A stretch of 64,000 nt of DNA from Candidatus Latescibacterota bacterium (GCA_965223905.1 CBDCXV010000009.1:160001-224000); one strand, 5' to 3'. Shown: positions 1 through 10,825, numbered from the stretch's first letter. The notes: a model not told the origin generated them from the sequence alone. A program made the numbers and translations.

Positions 1-286
1 GTGCGGAAACCTCCTCATCTCCAACGGCAGCGGCGATTCGCGAGCCGGACAGGAGGAGGTCGTGATCCTCCGAGTATACCCCGGACAGGATCACCACCTT
101 GTCCCCCTCCCGCCTGGGGGTGCCCAGCTTGTTCGAGCCGGGCCTGCGCCTGTCGAGGTAGTGCTGGATCTCCGCCCGCGAGATTCTCAGTCCGGGGGGG
201 CAGCCGAAGACGATGGTGGTGATGGCCGGACCGTGCGATTCCCCGGCTCCGGCCACGGCGAACAGGGAGCCGCCGAGGATTTCCAT
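1..286 (-). CDS. aroC: Chorismate synthase, 5' portion (runs off window start)
   Basis: Not in the ORF track. Manual translation from ATG at 286: [70 protein letters not shown]..., carrying the AroC GESHG, RRRPG and TxRxExDxVxILSGV signatures. Confidence 0.9.
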   Translation of the reverse strand, partial: MEILGGSLFAVAGAGESHGPAITTIVFGCPPGLRISRAEIQHYLDRRRPGSNKLGTPRREGDKVVILSGVYSEDHDLLLSGSRIAAAVGDEEVSA

Positions 287-483
287 TTTGTCGCGCTGTC
301 TCTTGTGCGGTGATGCCGGCGATGGGGGTAAGGGTCGTTTCGAATGTACGCCCTACGATACCGGGGAGCACTTCGCGCGGCAACCTCCGATTGCATGCTG
401 TCCCGGCTTCCTGGAGCGGGGCCGGAGGAAAATTGCAGGATGAATTCGCCCAGCTGGTTGTTTGGCGCCGCGGCGATCCCGTC

Positions 484-1845
484 TCAGTCGGACGGGCCGC
501 CGAGCAGCCTCTCGATATTGGCGCGCGCCACCGCGAGGTCGTGGCGCGCCCGCACCCGGCTTGTGCGCGCCTGGGTGAAGTTGACCTGGGCGTCGAGCAG
601 CTCGAGCAGCGTACCCTGGCCCACCTCGTAGCTCTCTTTGGCCAGCTTGAGGTCTTCTCCGGCGACCGCGAGGGTGCCCTCGCTGATTTCGAGAATCTTG
701 TCGAGCCGCACGAGCTCGAGATGGGCGGTTTCGACGGCGAGCGCCACCTCCCGCCGCTGCTGCTCGAGGTTGAGGCGGGCGTTCTCCAGGCCGATGCGGG
801 AGCGCTGGATGCCGGCGCTGCGCAGGCCCCCGTCGAAGAGGTTGTAGGTCACCGACACGCCGGCGTTGATGCGGTAGTTCTGGTCGAAATCCTGGTACAC
901 GCGATCGAACACCTCGTTGTTGCGGCCGTAGGAAAGGCTGCCGCTGAGACGAGGGTGCCAGGCGGACTTTGCCGACGAAAGGTCGTGCTCCGCGGCGAGG
1001 TGGGCGTATTCCAATTGCCGGATGGCCTGATTGGAGCTCTCGGCCGCCCGCAGCAGTTCGTCGAGCGGCAGCTCGGCGAGGGGAAAGGGAGTGTTCTCGA
1101 CGGGAGCGGCCTGCAGGGGCTCGGAGATCCCCCTCCCCATGAAATGGTTGAGGCTGGCGCGGGCCAGAACCACCCCCTGCTCGGCGTTGATCAGGTCCGC
1201 CTCGGCATTGCCTACGGCCACCTTCAGGCGCAGCACGTCGGCTCTCACGCCCGCTCCTACCTCGAGTCGCATGGCGGACCCCTCGAGCTGCTTCTCGCTG
1301 AGCTTGAGGGCCTCGCGCTGGACTTCGAGGAGATCCTGTGCCTTGAGCAGGGCGAAGTAGCGCTGTCTCACGCCGAAGATCGTCTCCGCCCGCTGCGCCT
1401 CGAGCGCCGTCTCGGACAGGTTCAGCGCCTGGCGCGCGGCGTTGTGGGCGTGGCGCCGGCTGCCGCCGTCGTACAGGGTCTGGTTGACCGATGCGTTCAG
1501 GGAGAACGAGTTGCGGTCGATGGCCGGAATCTGCGTCGTCTCCTCGCGGAAGATGCGCTGGCCGGTCTCGGGATCGAACCGGTCCGTCGGGTTTTCCTGG
1601 ATGCGGACGGACGGTCCCGTGCGCGAGCGGGAAAAGTTCAGGACCGAGGCGTTGATGCTGGGCAGCCTGCCGGCCCTGGCGGACTTGACGTCCATCTCGG
1701 AGCGGCGGACCGCCTGGGCCGCGAGGCGCATCTGGTTGTTCTGCTCCAGGGCCTGCCGGATGCACTCGTCGAGGGTCAGGGTTCCGGCTTTTGCCGCGGA
1801 TGCCGCGGCGGCCAGCAGGGTGAATAGGGCGATGCTGCGTATCAT
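484..1845 (-). CDS. TolC-family outer membrane efflux protein
   Basis: Signal peptide; LTLDECIRQALEQN start; two helical repeats; C-terminal YEVGQGTLLELLDAQ motif; last gene of the RND operon. Confidence 0.93.
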   Translation of the reverse strand: MIRSIALFTLLAAAASAAKAGTLTLDECIRQALEQNNQMRLAAQAVRRSEMDVKSARAGRLPSINASVLNFSRSRTGPSVRIQENPTDRFDPETGQRIFREETTQIPAIDRNSFSLNASVNQTLYDGGSRRHAHNAARQALNLSETALEAQRAETIFGVRQRYFALLKAQDLLEVQREALKLSEKQLEGSAMRLEVGAGVRADVLRLKVAVGNAEADLINAEQGVVLARASLNHFMGRGISEPLQAAPVENTPFPLAELPLDELLRAAESSNQAIRQLEYAHLAAEHDLSSAKSAWHPRLSGSLSYGRNNEVFDRVYQDFDQNYRINAGVSVTYNLFDGGLRSAGIQRSRIGLENARLNLEQQRREVALAVETAHLELVRLDKILEISEGTLAVAGEDLKLAKESYEVGQGTLLELLDAQVNFTQARTSRVRARHDLAVARANIERLLGGPSD

Positions 1846-1945
1846 GGGGTTCCCCTGGTTACTGGCTGGATCAAAGACGCCGGACCGCCCCAGGCCGGGA
1901 TGGCCAGGGCGAAGGTAATTCCAAGGAATTCGCGGCAGGGTGACA

Positions 1946-4900
1946 CTACCTGCTCCCGGCGGTGTGGACGACCCGGCGGAACCAAAGCGCCAGGTCGTCG
2001 AGGAGGGAGTACAGGGTAGGGGCCAACACGAGGGTCAGCACGGTGGAGCAGATGAGGCCGCTGACGACGACGAGGCCGACCGGACCCCAGCGCCTGGCGA
2101 ACCCTTCCGAGGTTCCGTAGACCATGGGCAGAACCAGCGGCATCAGGTTGAGAACGGTCGTGGTGGCCGTCATCAGGATCGGACGCAGGCGGTTCTGCCC
2201 ACCGCGCAGGATCGCCTCGGTACGGGCCATACCTTCCCTGCGGTAGTGGTTTATGTGATCGATGAGCACGATCCCGTTGTTGACGACGATGCCGACCAGG
2301 ATCAGCAGTCCGAGGTAGCCGTTGTTGTCCAGCGGCACGTCGAGCAGGTAGAGGCCGGCCGAGACGCCGATGAGGGAGAAGGGAATGGCCAGCATGATCG
2401 TGAAGGGGTGGATCAGCGACTCGAACAGCGAGGCCATGATCAGGTAGATGAGCAGCAGCGCGAACAGCAGCGTGAAGATGTTGCCCTCGGTGTCCTGCTG
2501 CATCCAGCGCGCCCCCCTCCCCAGGTCCCACGAATACCCTGCCGGCAGGGAGAAACCGGCCATCATGCTGCGCACCGGTTCCATCAGGCCGAACGCCTGC
2601 ATGCGGGTCTCGGTGTTGGCGAAGATGTTCATGGTGTGCTCGCGGTCTTCGCGCACCAGGTTCTTCGGGCCTTCGGCGACCTTGAAGTCGGCTACGGCCG
2701 CCAGCTGGATGCGCGTTTCGTCGCGGCCTTCGAAACTGCTGTTCTTGAGCTGCTCGAGGTCGACCCGGTCCTCCTCCTCGAGCTGCAGCACGAGGTCTAT
2801 CTCGCGGTCCTCCGCCTTGAAGGTCGAGGTTCGCCGCGTCCCCAGCGCCGTGGATATGGTGGTGGCGACGTCGCGCGGCGACAGCCCGTACTCGAGCGCC
2901 TGCTCGCGGTCGACGGCGACCCTGATCTCTTCCTCGCCGTCCTCGAGGCTGGTGTCGACGTCCTTGACCCCGGGCAGCTGCTCGAGGCCGGCCTCGATGT
3001 CTTCGGCGAGCAGGGCCAGCACGTCCTGGTCGCGACCCTTGAGCTGTACCTCGACACCCAGCATGTTCCCCTGCCAGCTGCGCTGCCGCCCCATCTTCCA
3101 GGTCACCCCGACCGTCTCCGGCAGCAGCTCCTTTATCGCCTCGCCCGCCTCGATGGACGTCAGGCTGCCCTCGTCGGCATCGACCAGACGCGCCGTAATC
3201 CTGCCGCGGCGCTGGCCGAAACTGGTGTTCAGCGACTCGATGTCGAGCTCCCCGGCGCGCCCCAGCAGGCGCTGCTCGATGTCGTGGAACATCGTTTTGA
3301 CTTCGTCGAGCGAGTAGTTGCGGTCGATCTCGACGGAGATGTCGACACGGCGCTCCGGGGTCCAGGGAGTTCCCCGCTGCTCCAGCTGCATGAACAGGTA
3401 GATCCCGGTCGCCATCAGCAGGGCGGAGGCCAGCAGGGTCGCGAGGCGGTGCGCCAGGGTCCAGCGCAGCAGGCCGATATAGGCGCTGCGCATGCCGCGG
3501 CGGCGGCACTGCCAGGCAGCGGCGGCGGTAACCGCGCCGGCGGCCGCCAGACCGGCCGCGGTCGTCCACTGCATGCCGGCGAGGCCCCCGGCGACGCGGC
3601 TTCCGGTGCGGCCGGCCCAGTCAACCAGGCCAACCCAGGTGAGCTCGTGGAACCCCATGGCGGCCAGCGCCAGCAGGGCGACGAGCACCAGGGCTTTCAG
3701 CACGCGGTCGAAGCGATCGTAGCGGTGTCTGAAAAGGCGGGAGCTGGCCAGCGGAATGAGAGACAGCGAGACCACCGTCGACACGGCTACGGCCAGGCAG
3801 ATCGCCAGCCCGGCGTCCCTCATCCAGGTCGTCATGCGGCTGCTCGACAGGAAGAAAAAGGGTATGAATACGACCATCGTGGTCAGCGACGAGGCGATGA
3901 CCGCCATGCCGATCTCGCGCGCTCCGGACAGCGCCGCCTCGGCCGGCTCCGCCCCTTCCTCCTGGCGCCGGCGGAAGATGCTCTCCAGGGTCACCACGGC
4001 CGGGTCGACGAGCATGCCGACCGCCAGCATGAGGCCGGTCATGGTCACCATGTTCAGGGTCACCGTCGATCCGAAGAACTCGCGGGCGGCGAAGAGCCCG
4101 GTGAACACGCACAGGACCGACACCGGTATGGCGACCGATATCACCAGGGTGCTGCGGATATTGCGCAGAAACAGGAAGATGATGCCGATCGCCAGGACCG
4201 CGCCGAGCAGGGCCGAGTCGGTGAGCTTGTCCACTTCCCGCAGCACCTGCTCGGAACGGTCGCGGACGATCTCGATTTCCAGGTCCCCGCCGTACGACTG
4301 CTCGATCTCCTCCAGGGTCGACCTCACGTCGGCGGCCATGTCGACGAGGTTGGCGGAGGAGGACTTGTACACCTCGACGGTGACGGCGTCGGCGCCGTTG
4401 AGGCGCTCGTAGCGCTTTTTCTCGGGGTAGTCGTAGTTGACCGGGCCGACGTCTCCGAGCCTCAGGGCGGTGCCGGCCAGCGGCAGCTCGCCGATCTCGT
4501 CGGCGCGGGCGAACTCGCCGAGGGCCCGCACCTGGTAGCGCTGGTCGCCGTCCAGCACCCGTCCGAGAGAGACGTTGACGTTGTTCTCCCTGACCTGCCA
4601 GGCGAGGTAGGGCAGCGACACGTCGTGGTCCTGCAGCCGCTGCTGGTCGAGCTCGACGATCAGCTGCTTTTCCTCGACACCCTCGACGGTGACGTTGGCG
4701 ACCCCGTCGAGGCGCAGCAGCTGAGGTTCGATGACCTTGCGGTAGATGTCGAAGAGGCGGTCCCCCTGTCCCCGCCAGGCGACGTTGGCGTAAAGCGACG
4801 GGCGCTCGTCGCTCTGCCAGCGGCGGATGCGGACCCTCTGCAGATCGGCGGGAAGATTCCCCCGGATCGCCTCGATCCGCTCGCGCACCTCCATGGTGGC

Positions 4901-5209
4901 GATGTCCATGTCGGTGCCTGCCTTGAACTCGACGCGCACCGACGAATTGGAGGAGGAGGAGGTGGCGCTGATGCGGTCGATGTTGCCGAGCAGGGCCAGC
5001 GACTCCTCCAGGGGCCGGGTGATATCCCGCTCCACTTCCTCCGGGGAGGAGGACGGGTAGGAGACGTTGACGTTCACCCCCAGCGACGAAATGCTCGGGA
5101 ACGACTCCAACGGCAGCCGCGTGAGGGAGATGACCCCGAGGACGATCATGCTCAGGGTCGCCATCACCATGGTGATCGGCCGCGCGACGGCGAAATCAGC
5201 GAGTTTCAT
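1946..5209 (-). CDS. RND efflux permease subunit (AcrB/MdtB-C family)
   Basis: 1087 aa; GMLVD, GIVVNNGIVLID and RLRPILMT motifs; two periplasmic loops. Confidence 0.95.
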   Translation of the reverse strand: MKLADFAVARPITMVMATLSMIVLGVISLTRLPLESFPSISSLGVNVNVSYPSSSPEEVERDITRPLEESLALLGNIDRISATSSSSNSSVRVEFKAGTDMDIATMEVRERIEAIRGNLPADLQRVRIRRWQSDERPSLYANVAWRGQGDRLFDIYRKVIEPQLLRLDGVANVTVEGVEEKQLIVELDQQRLQDHDVSLPYLAWQVRENNVNVSLGRVLDGDQRYQVRALGEFARADEIGELPLAGTALRLGDVGPVNYDYPEKKRYERLNGADAVTVEVYKSSSANLVDMAADVRSTLEEIEQSYGGDLEIEIVRDRSEQVLREVDKLTDSALLGAVLAIGIIFLFLRNIRSTLVISVAIPVSVLCVFTGLFAAREFFGSTVTLNMVTMTGLMLAVGMLVDPAVVTLESIFRRRQEEGAEPAEAALSGAREIGMAVIASSLTTMVVFIPFFFLSSSRMTTWMRDAGLAICLAVAVSTVVSLSLIPLASSRLFRHRYDRFDRVLKALVLVALLALAAMGFHELTWVGLVDWAGRTGSRVAGGLAGMQWTTAAGLAAAGAVTAAAAWQCRRRGMRSAYIGLLRWTLAHRLATLLASALLMATGIYLFMQLEQRGTPWTPERRVDISVEIDRNYSLDEVKTMFHDIEQRLLGRAGELDIESLNTSFGQRRGRITARLVDADEGSLTSIEAGEAIKELLPETVGVTWKMGRQRSWQGNMLGVEVQLKGRDQDVLALLAEDIEAGLEQLPGVKDVDTSLEDGEEEIRVAVDREQALEYGLSPRDVATTISTALGTRRTSTFKAEDREIDLVLQLEEEDRVDLEQLKNSSFEGRDETRIQLAAVADFKVAEGPKNLVREDREHTMNIFANTETRMQAFGLMEPVRSMMAGFSLPAGYSWDLGRGARWMQQDTEGNIFTLLFALLLIYLIMASLFESLIHPFTIMLAIPFSLIGVSAGLYLLDVPLDNNGYLGLLILVGIVVNNGIVLIDHINHYRREGMARTEAILRGGQNRLRPILMTATTTVLNLMPLVLPMVYGTSEGFARRWGPVGLVVVSGLICSTVLTLVLAPTLYSLLDDLALWFRRVVHTAGSR

Positions 5210-5270
5210 CTTCGCTCCTTCTGCGGAGCGTCCCGCCTGCGGGCGGCTGGAGGCTTCGCAGCCGACAGGG

Positions 5271-8200
5271 TCACGGGGACCGGTCCACCAGCGTGTACAC
5301 CACCGGGATGACGATCAGGGTCAGCACCGTCGACACCAGCAGCCCGCCGATCACGGTGATCGCCATCGGCGCCCGGATTTCGGCCCCCTCGCCGAGCCCC
5401 AGCGCCATCGGCAGCAGCGCCAGGATCGTCGTCGACGTCGTCATCAGGATCGGGCGAAACCGCAGCTCCCCGGCGCGCAGCACCGCCTCCGTTTTTGCCA
5501 TGCCCTCTCTCCGACGGAGCTGATTGATGTAGTCGATCAGCACAATGGCATTGTTGACGACGATGCCGGCCAGCATGATCAGTCCGATGAGCACGACGAC
5601 GCTGATCGCGGTGCCCGTGAGCATGAGCGCCGCGGCGCTGCCGACCATTCCCAGCGGGATCGTGAACATGATGACGAACGGGTGCAGGAGCGACTCGAAC
5701 TGCGACGCCATGACGAGGTAGACGAGGAACACCGCCAGCAGCAGGGCGAACTTCATGCTGTCGAACGAGCGCACCATCTCCTCGTTCTGGCCGCCGACGT
5801 TGATGTCGAAGCCCTCGGGCAGGCTCATCCCGGCGCCGACCGCCTCGATCTCGGCGACGGCGCTGCCGAGGTCGAGACCGCTGAGGTTGGCGGTCACCAC
5901 CGCCACGCGCTCCTGGTCGATACGGCGGATTTCGGCAGGGCCTTCGACTATGACGACGTCGGCCACGGCCTCGAGAGCTACCGGAACAGCGTAGGAGGCG
6001 GGGCTGACCACCATGCCCTTGAGGTCGGCGAGGCTGCGGCGCTCCGACTCCACCGAGCGCACGCGCACGTCGATCCTGCGGTCCTGCCGCGTCAGCTCGG
6101 TCGACACCTCCCCCTGCAGCTTGTTGCGCAGCAGGTCGCCGATGTCCTGAATCGTCGTGCCCAGCTCGGCGACCCGGTAGCGGTCGAAGATCACCTGGAT
6201 TTCCGGCTGCCCCCCCTCGACGCTCGACTTTACGTCGACGAGGCCGGGGATCTGCCGCATCCGCTGCGCCAGGTCGTCGGCGATCAGCTGCAGGGTCTCG
6301 AGGTTGAATCCGGACACCTCGACCTCGACCGGCGTGCGGAAGGAGAAATAGGACGGCCGCGAAAACTTGTGCTCGAGGTCGGGAACTTCCCCGACGAGAT
6401 CGCGGACCTTCTCCATCACCTTCCCTTCGGTTTCGCGGCTGCGGTCGCCGGCCTCGAGGCGCACCAAAAGCTGCGCCATGTTCTCCTTCTTCTCGTCCGC
6501 GTAGCCGCCCGTCTCGCCGGTCGCTCCTACCATGCTGAAGGCGGTCTCGACCTCGGCGAACTCTTCGATGCGGCCGTCGAGGTTGGCGACCTGGGCGGCG
6601 GTCCTCTCCAGCGGGGTTCCGGCTGGCAGCTCGATATCGACGAGGAACTCCCCCTGGCTCATCTCGGGGATCAGCTCCAGTCCGAGGTCGCGGGCGCGGA
6701 GCAGGAGCAGGGCCGGCAGGGCGGCGAAGACCATGAGCACGGCGGCGCGATGGGCGAGGGCCCACTGCAGCAGGCGCGGGTAGGCGGCAGAGAGGGCGCC
6801 GTAGGACTTGCTGAACAGGCGCTCGAACGGGTAGATCAGCAGGCCGGCCACCCGTCCGATGGCCGCGAAGAATTCCCGCAGCAGGCCCAGCAGCAGGGCC
6901 GGACCGCGCACCAGGGAGCCCCCTTCCCCCGCTTCCTCCGGCGCCAGCGGGCGCAGGGCGAGGGAGGCCAGCATCGGGATGAGCATGAGGGCCACGAACA
7001 GGGAGGCGACGAGTGAGTAGGTCACCGCGAGCGCCTGATCGCGAAACAGCTGGCCCGCCACCCCTTCGACGAACACGATCGGCACGAACACGCAGACCGT
7101 GGTCAGGGTCGCGGCGATGACCGCCTTGCCCACCTCGCCGGTGCCCTGGCGGGCTGCCTCGACGATGGACAGCCCCAGCTCTTCCCGGTGCCGCCGGATG
7201 TTCTCGAGCACGACGATGGAGCTGTCCACGAGCATCCCCACCCCCAGCGCCAGGCCGCCCAGCGACATGATGTTGAGGCTGACGTCCGACACGAACATCA
7301 GGAAGAAAGTCGCCACCACCGAGATCGGGATGGAGAGCGAGATGATGACGGTGCTCTTGAGATGTCTGAGGAACAGGTATAGGAGGATGACGGCGAGGAT
7401 GCCGCCGTAAATTGCCGTCTTGAGCACCCCGTCGACCGCCTGCCGGATGAAGGTCGCCTGGTCGACGACTACCTCCATCTTTCCGTCGGCCAGGAGGTCC
7501 GCGTAGTCGGCGCGCACCTGGTCGAGCTGCCCGGCCACGGTGTCATGCACCCGGACGGTGTTGGCGTCCCCTTCCTTGTAGACGGCGATCTCCACCCCTT
7601 CCCTGCCGTTGATGCGGGTGATGACGTCGCGCTCGCGATGGCCGCGAAACACGCGCCCGACGTCGTTCAGCCTGATCGCCGCCCCGGCGGGGCGGGCGAT
7701 CACTATCTCGCCGATCTCGTCCCAGCTCTGGAACTCGTTCAGGGTGCGCACCAGGAACTCCGCCTCCCCGTCCTTCAGCAGCCCCCCGGTGAGGTTGACG
7801 TTCTCCGCCGCCAGCCGCGCCGTGACCTGGTCGATGGGAATGCCGAGGTGCGCCAGCCGCGCCGATTCGACCTCGACGTGGATCTCCTCTTCGAGCCCCC
7901 CCTCGACGCGCACCGCGGCCACCCCTTCGAGGCTTTCGAGGTCCAGGCGGATTCGCTCCTCGGCGATCCGCCTCAGTTCCATGAGATTGGCGCCGCCGTA
8001 GAGGGCGATGCGCATTATCGGGTCGAGCGAGGGGTCGAAGCGCAGGAGAATCGGTTTGTTGGCGCCGACAGGCCGTTCCCCCATGTCGAGCTTCTCGCGC
8101 AGGTCGAGGGAGGCGAAGTCCATGTCGGTGCCCCAGGCGAACTCGACGATGACGTCCGACAGTCCGGGCCGCGATATCGAGCTGACCCGGATGACGTTGC

Positions 8201-8423
8201 TCACGACCCCGACCAGGCCCTCGATCGGTTCCGAGATCAGGCGCTCGATTTCGTGGGGCGAGGTCCCGGGGTACTCGGTGCGGATCGTAATCGTCGGGTA
8301 GGTGATATCCGGCAGCAGGTTGACCGCCAGGCGCGAGAAACCGACCCCACCGAAGGCGACCACCGCCACCATCAGCATGGCGACGGTCACCCGGCGACGG
8401 ATGGAGAAATCTACGAGTCTCAT
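5271..8423 (-). CDS. RND efflux permease subunit (AcrB/MdtB-C family)
   Basis: 1050 aa; GMLVDSSIVVLENI, GIVVNNAIVLID, RFRPILMT and PMAITVIGGL motifs. Confidence 0.95.
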   Translation of the reverse strand: MRLVDFSIRRRVTVAMLMVAVVAFGGVGFSRLAVNLLPDITYPTITIRTEYPGTSPHEIERLISEPIEGLVGVVSNVIRVSSISRPGLSDVIVEFAWGTDMDFASLDLREKLDMGERPVGANKPILLRFDPSLDPIMRIALYGGANLMELRRIAEERIRLDLESLEGVAAVRVEGGLEEEIHVEVESARLAHLGIPIDQVTARLAAENVNLTGGLLKDGEAEFLVRTLNEFQSWDEIGEIVIARPAGAAIRLNDVGRVFRGHRERDVITRINGREGVEIAVYKEGDANTVRVHDTVAGQLDQVRADYADLLADGKMEVVVDQATFIRQAVDGVLKTAIYGGILAVILLYLFLRHLKSTVIISLSIPISVVATFFLMFVSDVSLNIMSLGGLALGVGMLVDSSIVVLENIRRHREELGLSIVEAARQGTGEVGKAVIAATLTTVCVFVPIVFVEGVAGQLFRDQALAVTYSLVASLFVALMLIPMLASLALRPLAPEEAGEGGSLVRGPALLLGLLREFFAAIGRVAGLLIYPFERLFSKSYGALSAAYPRLLQWALAHRAAVLMVFAALPALLLLRARDLGLELIPEMSQGEFLVDIELPAGTPLERTAAQVANLDGRIEEFAEVETAFSMVGATGETGGYADEKKENMAQLLVRLEAGDRSRETEGKVMEKVRDLVGEVPDLEHKFSRPSYFSFRTPVEVEVSGFNLETLQLIADDLAQRMRQIPGLVDVKSSVEGGQPEIQVIFDRYRVAELGTTIQDIGDLLRNKLQGEVSTELTRQDRRIDVRVRSVESERRSLADLKGMVVSPASYAVPVALEAVADVVIVEGPAEIRRIDQERVAVVTANLSGLDLGSAVAEIEAVGAGMSLPEGFDINVGGQNEEMVRSFDSMKFALLLAVFLVYLVMASQFESLLHPFVIMFTIPLGMVGSAAALMLTGTAISVVVLIGLIMLAGIVVNNAIVLIDYINQLRRREGMAKTEAVLRAGELRFRPILMTTSTTILALLPMALGLGEGAEIRAPMAITVIGGLLVSTVLTLIVIPVVYTLVDRSP

Positions 8424-9781
8424 TGCCCCTTGGCGCCGCCGGCGGCGGCTGTGGAGTCGGCTCCCGTTCTCCCGGCCATCCTCGACTTGAAACGCTGCCA
8501 GGACGCGACCGCCTCGGCCTCGCTGAGACCGCGGCGCTCCTGCACGCGGGCGACGAAGGCGGCTGAATCCGGCATCTCCCCGTCGCGGCCGAAGCGGCCT
8601 CCTCCGGAACGGCCGCCGCCGCCGAAGCCGGGAGGCCGTCCCCCGGGAGGCCCACCGGAGGATTCTGCGCTCTTCACCGCCGCTGCAGCCATCTGCGCCG
8701 CCTCGCTGCCGACGGTGCGCACCGCGGAGCCGTCCTTGAGCCCCTGCTGGCCGATGGTGATGACCTCCTCACCCTCCGCGAGCCCGGAGACCACCTCGAC
8801 GAGATCCCCGCTGACGTACCCCAGCTCGACGCCGTGGCGCCGGGCGCGTCCCTCTTCGACCACGAAGACATCCTCCTCGTCGGTTTCCAGCACCAGCGCC
8901 TTCTTGGGGATGACCAGGGTTCCCGCGTGCACGTCGGTGATCAGGCGCACGGTTGCGAACATGCCGGGTTTGAGCCCCGTGCCTTCGGATACCTCGAGGG
9001 TGACCTTTACGGTGCCGCTCTGCGGATCGATGCCGGGGTTGATCATCCTCACCTCGGCGGCGAACCGTTCCCCCTCAATGCCGGAGGCCGTGATCTCGGC
9101 GTGCTGGCCGACCTGCACCTGGCGCACGCGCTTTTCGGGGATGCGGATGCGCGCCAGCAACGGCTCGAGATCGGCCACGGCGAACACCTCCTCGCTGGCG
9201 CGCACGAGATCGCCGACCTCGATGTTGCGCAGCATCAACATGCCCGGGATCGGCGCGCGGATGTCGGCGTATGCGAGGTTGAGACGCGACTCCTTGAGCG
9301 CGACCTCCGCGTTGGCCAGCTGATTTCGGGCGCTCTCGTACTCCTCCTCGCTGACCAGCTGGCGTTCGAACAGTGCCTGGCGGCGGCTGTGCGAGGCGCG
9401 CGCCTGCCCCAGGGCCACTTCGTCCTGTTCCACCCGCAGGCTCAACTCCTCCTTGTCGAGGCGGGCGAGCAGCTCCCCCTCGCGGACGCGGTCCCCCTCT
9501 TCGACGAGCAGCTCCTCGACGGTTCCCTGGGTGCGCGCCACCACCGTCACCCAGCGCTCCGCTTCGAGGCGCGCGTGCGTCTCGATGTAGCTGGAAATGT
9601 CGCCGCGGGTTACCGCCTCGGTCTTTACCGGGATCGCCCCTTCCTCACCGGGGGAGCCGCCCCACTGGCCGCGGCCGCCGCGGCCGCCGGGCGATGGGCC
9701 CTCCTCCTCGCCGCCGCAGGCGCTCAGAAGGGCGCCGAGGGCAGCAGTGGCGGCGATTCGCACTGCGTGAACTGAGACCAT
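8420..9781 (-). CDS. RND periplasmic adaptor (membrane fusion protein), lipoprotein
   Basis: Lipobox LSAC; VEEGDRVREGELLARLD, IRAPIPG and LKPGMFA motifs; its stop overlaps the next ATG. Confidence 0.93.
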   Translation of the reverse strand: MVSVHAVRIAATAALGALLSACGGEEEGPSPGGRGGRGQWGGSPGEEGAIPVKTEAVTRGDISSYIETHARLEAERWVTVVARTQGTVEELLVEEGDRVREGELLARLDKEELSLRVEQDEVALGQARASHSRRQALFERQLVSEEEYESARNQLANAEVALKESRLNLAYADIRAPIPGMLMLRNIEVGDLVRASEEVFAVADLEPLLARIRIPEKRVRQVQVGQHAEITASGIEGERFAAEVRMINPGIDPQSGTVKVTLEVSEGTGLKPGMFATVRLITDVHAGTLVIPKKALVLETDEEDVFVVEEGRARRHGVELGYVSGDLVEVVSGLAEGEEVITIGQQGLKDGSAVRTVGSEAAQMAAAAVKSAESSGGPPGGRPPGFGGGGRSGGGRFGRDGEMPDSAAFVARVQERRGLSEAEAVASWQRFKSRMAGRTGADSTAAAGGAKGQ

Positions 9782-10042
9782 GTTCGCTGGTTCACCTTTC
9801 CGTTTGGCAAAATGACATCCTCAATTGGACCACCGCAGGGCTGATCCTGTTTAATCCTTTCCGTATTTCGGGTTCGACAGGGAAATCCCGCTCAGGGGGC
9901 AGGCGCACGATTCCCGGGGAGGATCGCCAGCGCCTGTTGCGGCGCGGGCGAGTCGTTGGGGGTAGAGTTTTTGGAGCGGAGACCCCGGGGCTCAGTCAAT
10001 CGGAGCAGGACACTGGTTCCGGGAACCACCCGGGGCGCGCGA

Positions 10043-10825
10043 TTATCCGCCCTTGTCGGAAAGCTTGTAGCTGCTCGCCGTGTAGGTGAGGGTCTGCCCC
10101 GCCTTCATCTCCTGCACCCTGGTGTTCGACGACAGGAATTCCACCGCCCTGGAGAGCGTCTCGATGTCGGCGGGCTGGCCCATCGCATCGCCGTAGTGGC
10201 AGGGAATGACCACGTCCGGGTTGACGAAGCTGGCGGCGCGAGCCGCCTGGCGGATGTCCATCGTGTACTTGCCGCCGACCGGAAAGATGGCGACCTGCGG
10301 TCCGTACATCTGGCCGATCAGCTGCATGTCGCCGAACAGGCATGTATCGGAGGAGTCGTAGATCGAAATGCCGTTGTCGAAAGCGAGCACGAAACCGCTG
10401 ACGGCGCTGTCGGGCCGGAAGTAGTCGTTGCCTGTAGGCGGCCCCTTGACCAGGTGCGGCGCCATCGACAGCGAGTGATGCGCCTGCACCATCGTGATCG
10501 ACACGTCCTTGACCTTCACGGTTCCGCCCGGGTTCATCGTCAGGGCGCGGCTCTCCATCTCGAGGCCGTGCGCCTCGGCTACCTGGCACATCTCGTAGTT
10601 GCCGACGAACTTCGCGTTCGTTCGCCTGCAGATCTCGAACGAGTCGCCGACGTGGTCCATGTGGCCGTGGGTGGCTATGACGATGTCGGCCTTGCGCACC
10701 TGCGACAGCTTGATCTTTGCCATCGGGTTGTCGTCGAGCCAGGCGTCGAAGTAGATGGTCGTGCCTTTGTCCGACTCGAACTTGAACGAGGCGTGACCGA
10801 GGAAGGTGATCTTTACGGATGCCAT
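10043..10825 (-). CDS. Metal-dependent hydrolase, UPF0173 / metallo-beta-lactamase fold
   Basis: Start trimmed to MASVKITFLGHAS (GGAGG upstream); THGHMDHVGD, MNPGG, PVGGKYTM and IPCHY motifs. Confidence 0.9.
   Translation of the reverse strand: MASVKITFLGHASFKFESDKGTTIYFDAWLDDNPMAKIKLSQVRKADIVIATHGHMDHVGDSFEICRRTNAKFVGNYEMCQVAEAHGLEMESRALTMNPGGTVKVKDVSITMVQAHHSLSMAPHLVKGPPTGNDYFRPDSAVSGFVLAFDNGISIYDSSDTCLFGDMQLIGQMYGPQVAIFPVGGKYTMDIRQAARAASFVNPDVVIPCHYGDAMGQPADIETLSRAVEFLSSNTRVQEMKAGQTLTYTASSYKLSDKGG

Noticed and set aside
1940-5311. Very long antisense ORFs such as 1940..5311, 11392..13842, 44936..47248 and 48511..50556
   Set aside because: Shadows of real genes typical of high-GC DNA; no recognisable motifs.
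9983-10034. tRNA-like or three-way hairpin CCCCGGGG...GCTC/GAGC...TGGTTCC/GGAACCA
   Set aside because: Too short, no T-loop or anticodon arm; likely a 3' stem of the hydrolase gene or chance pairing.
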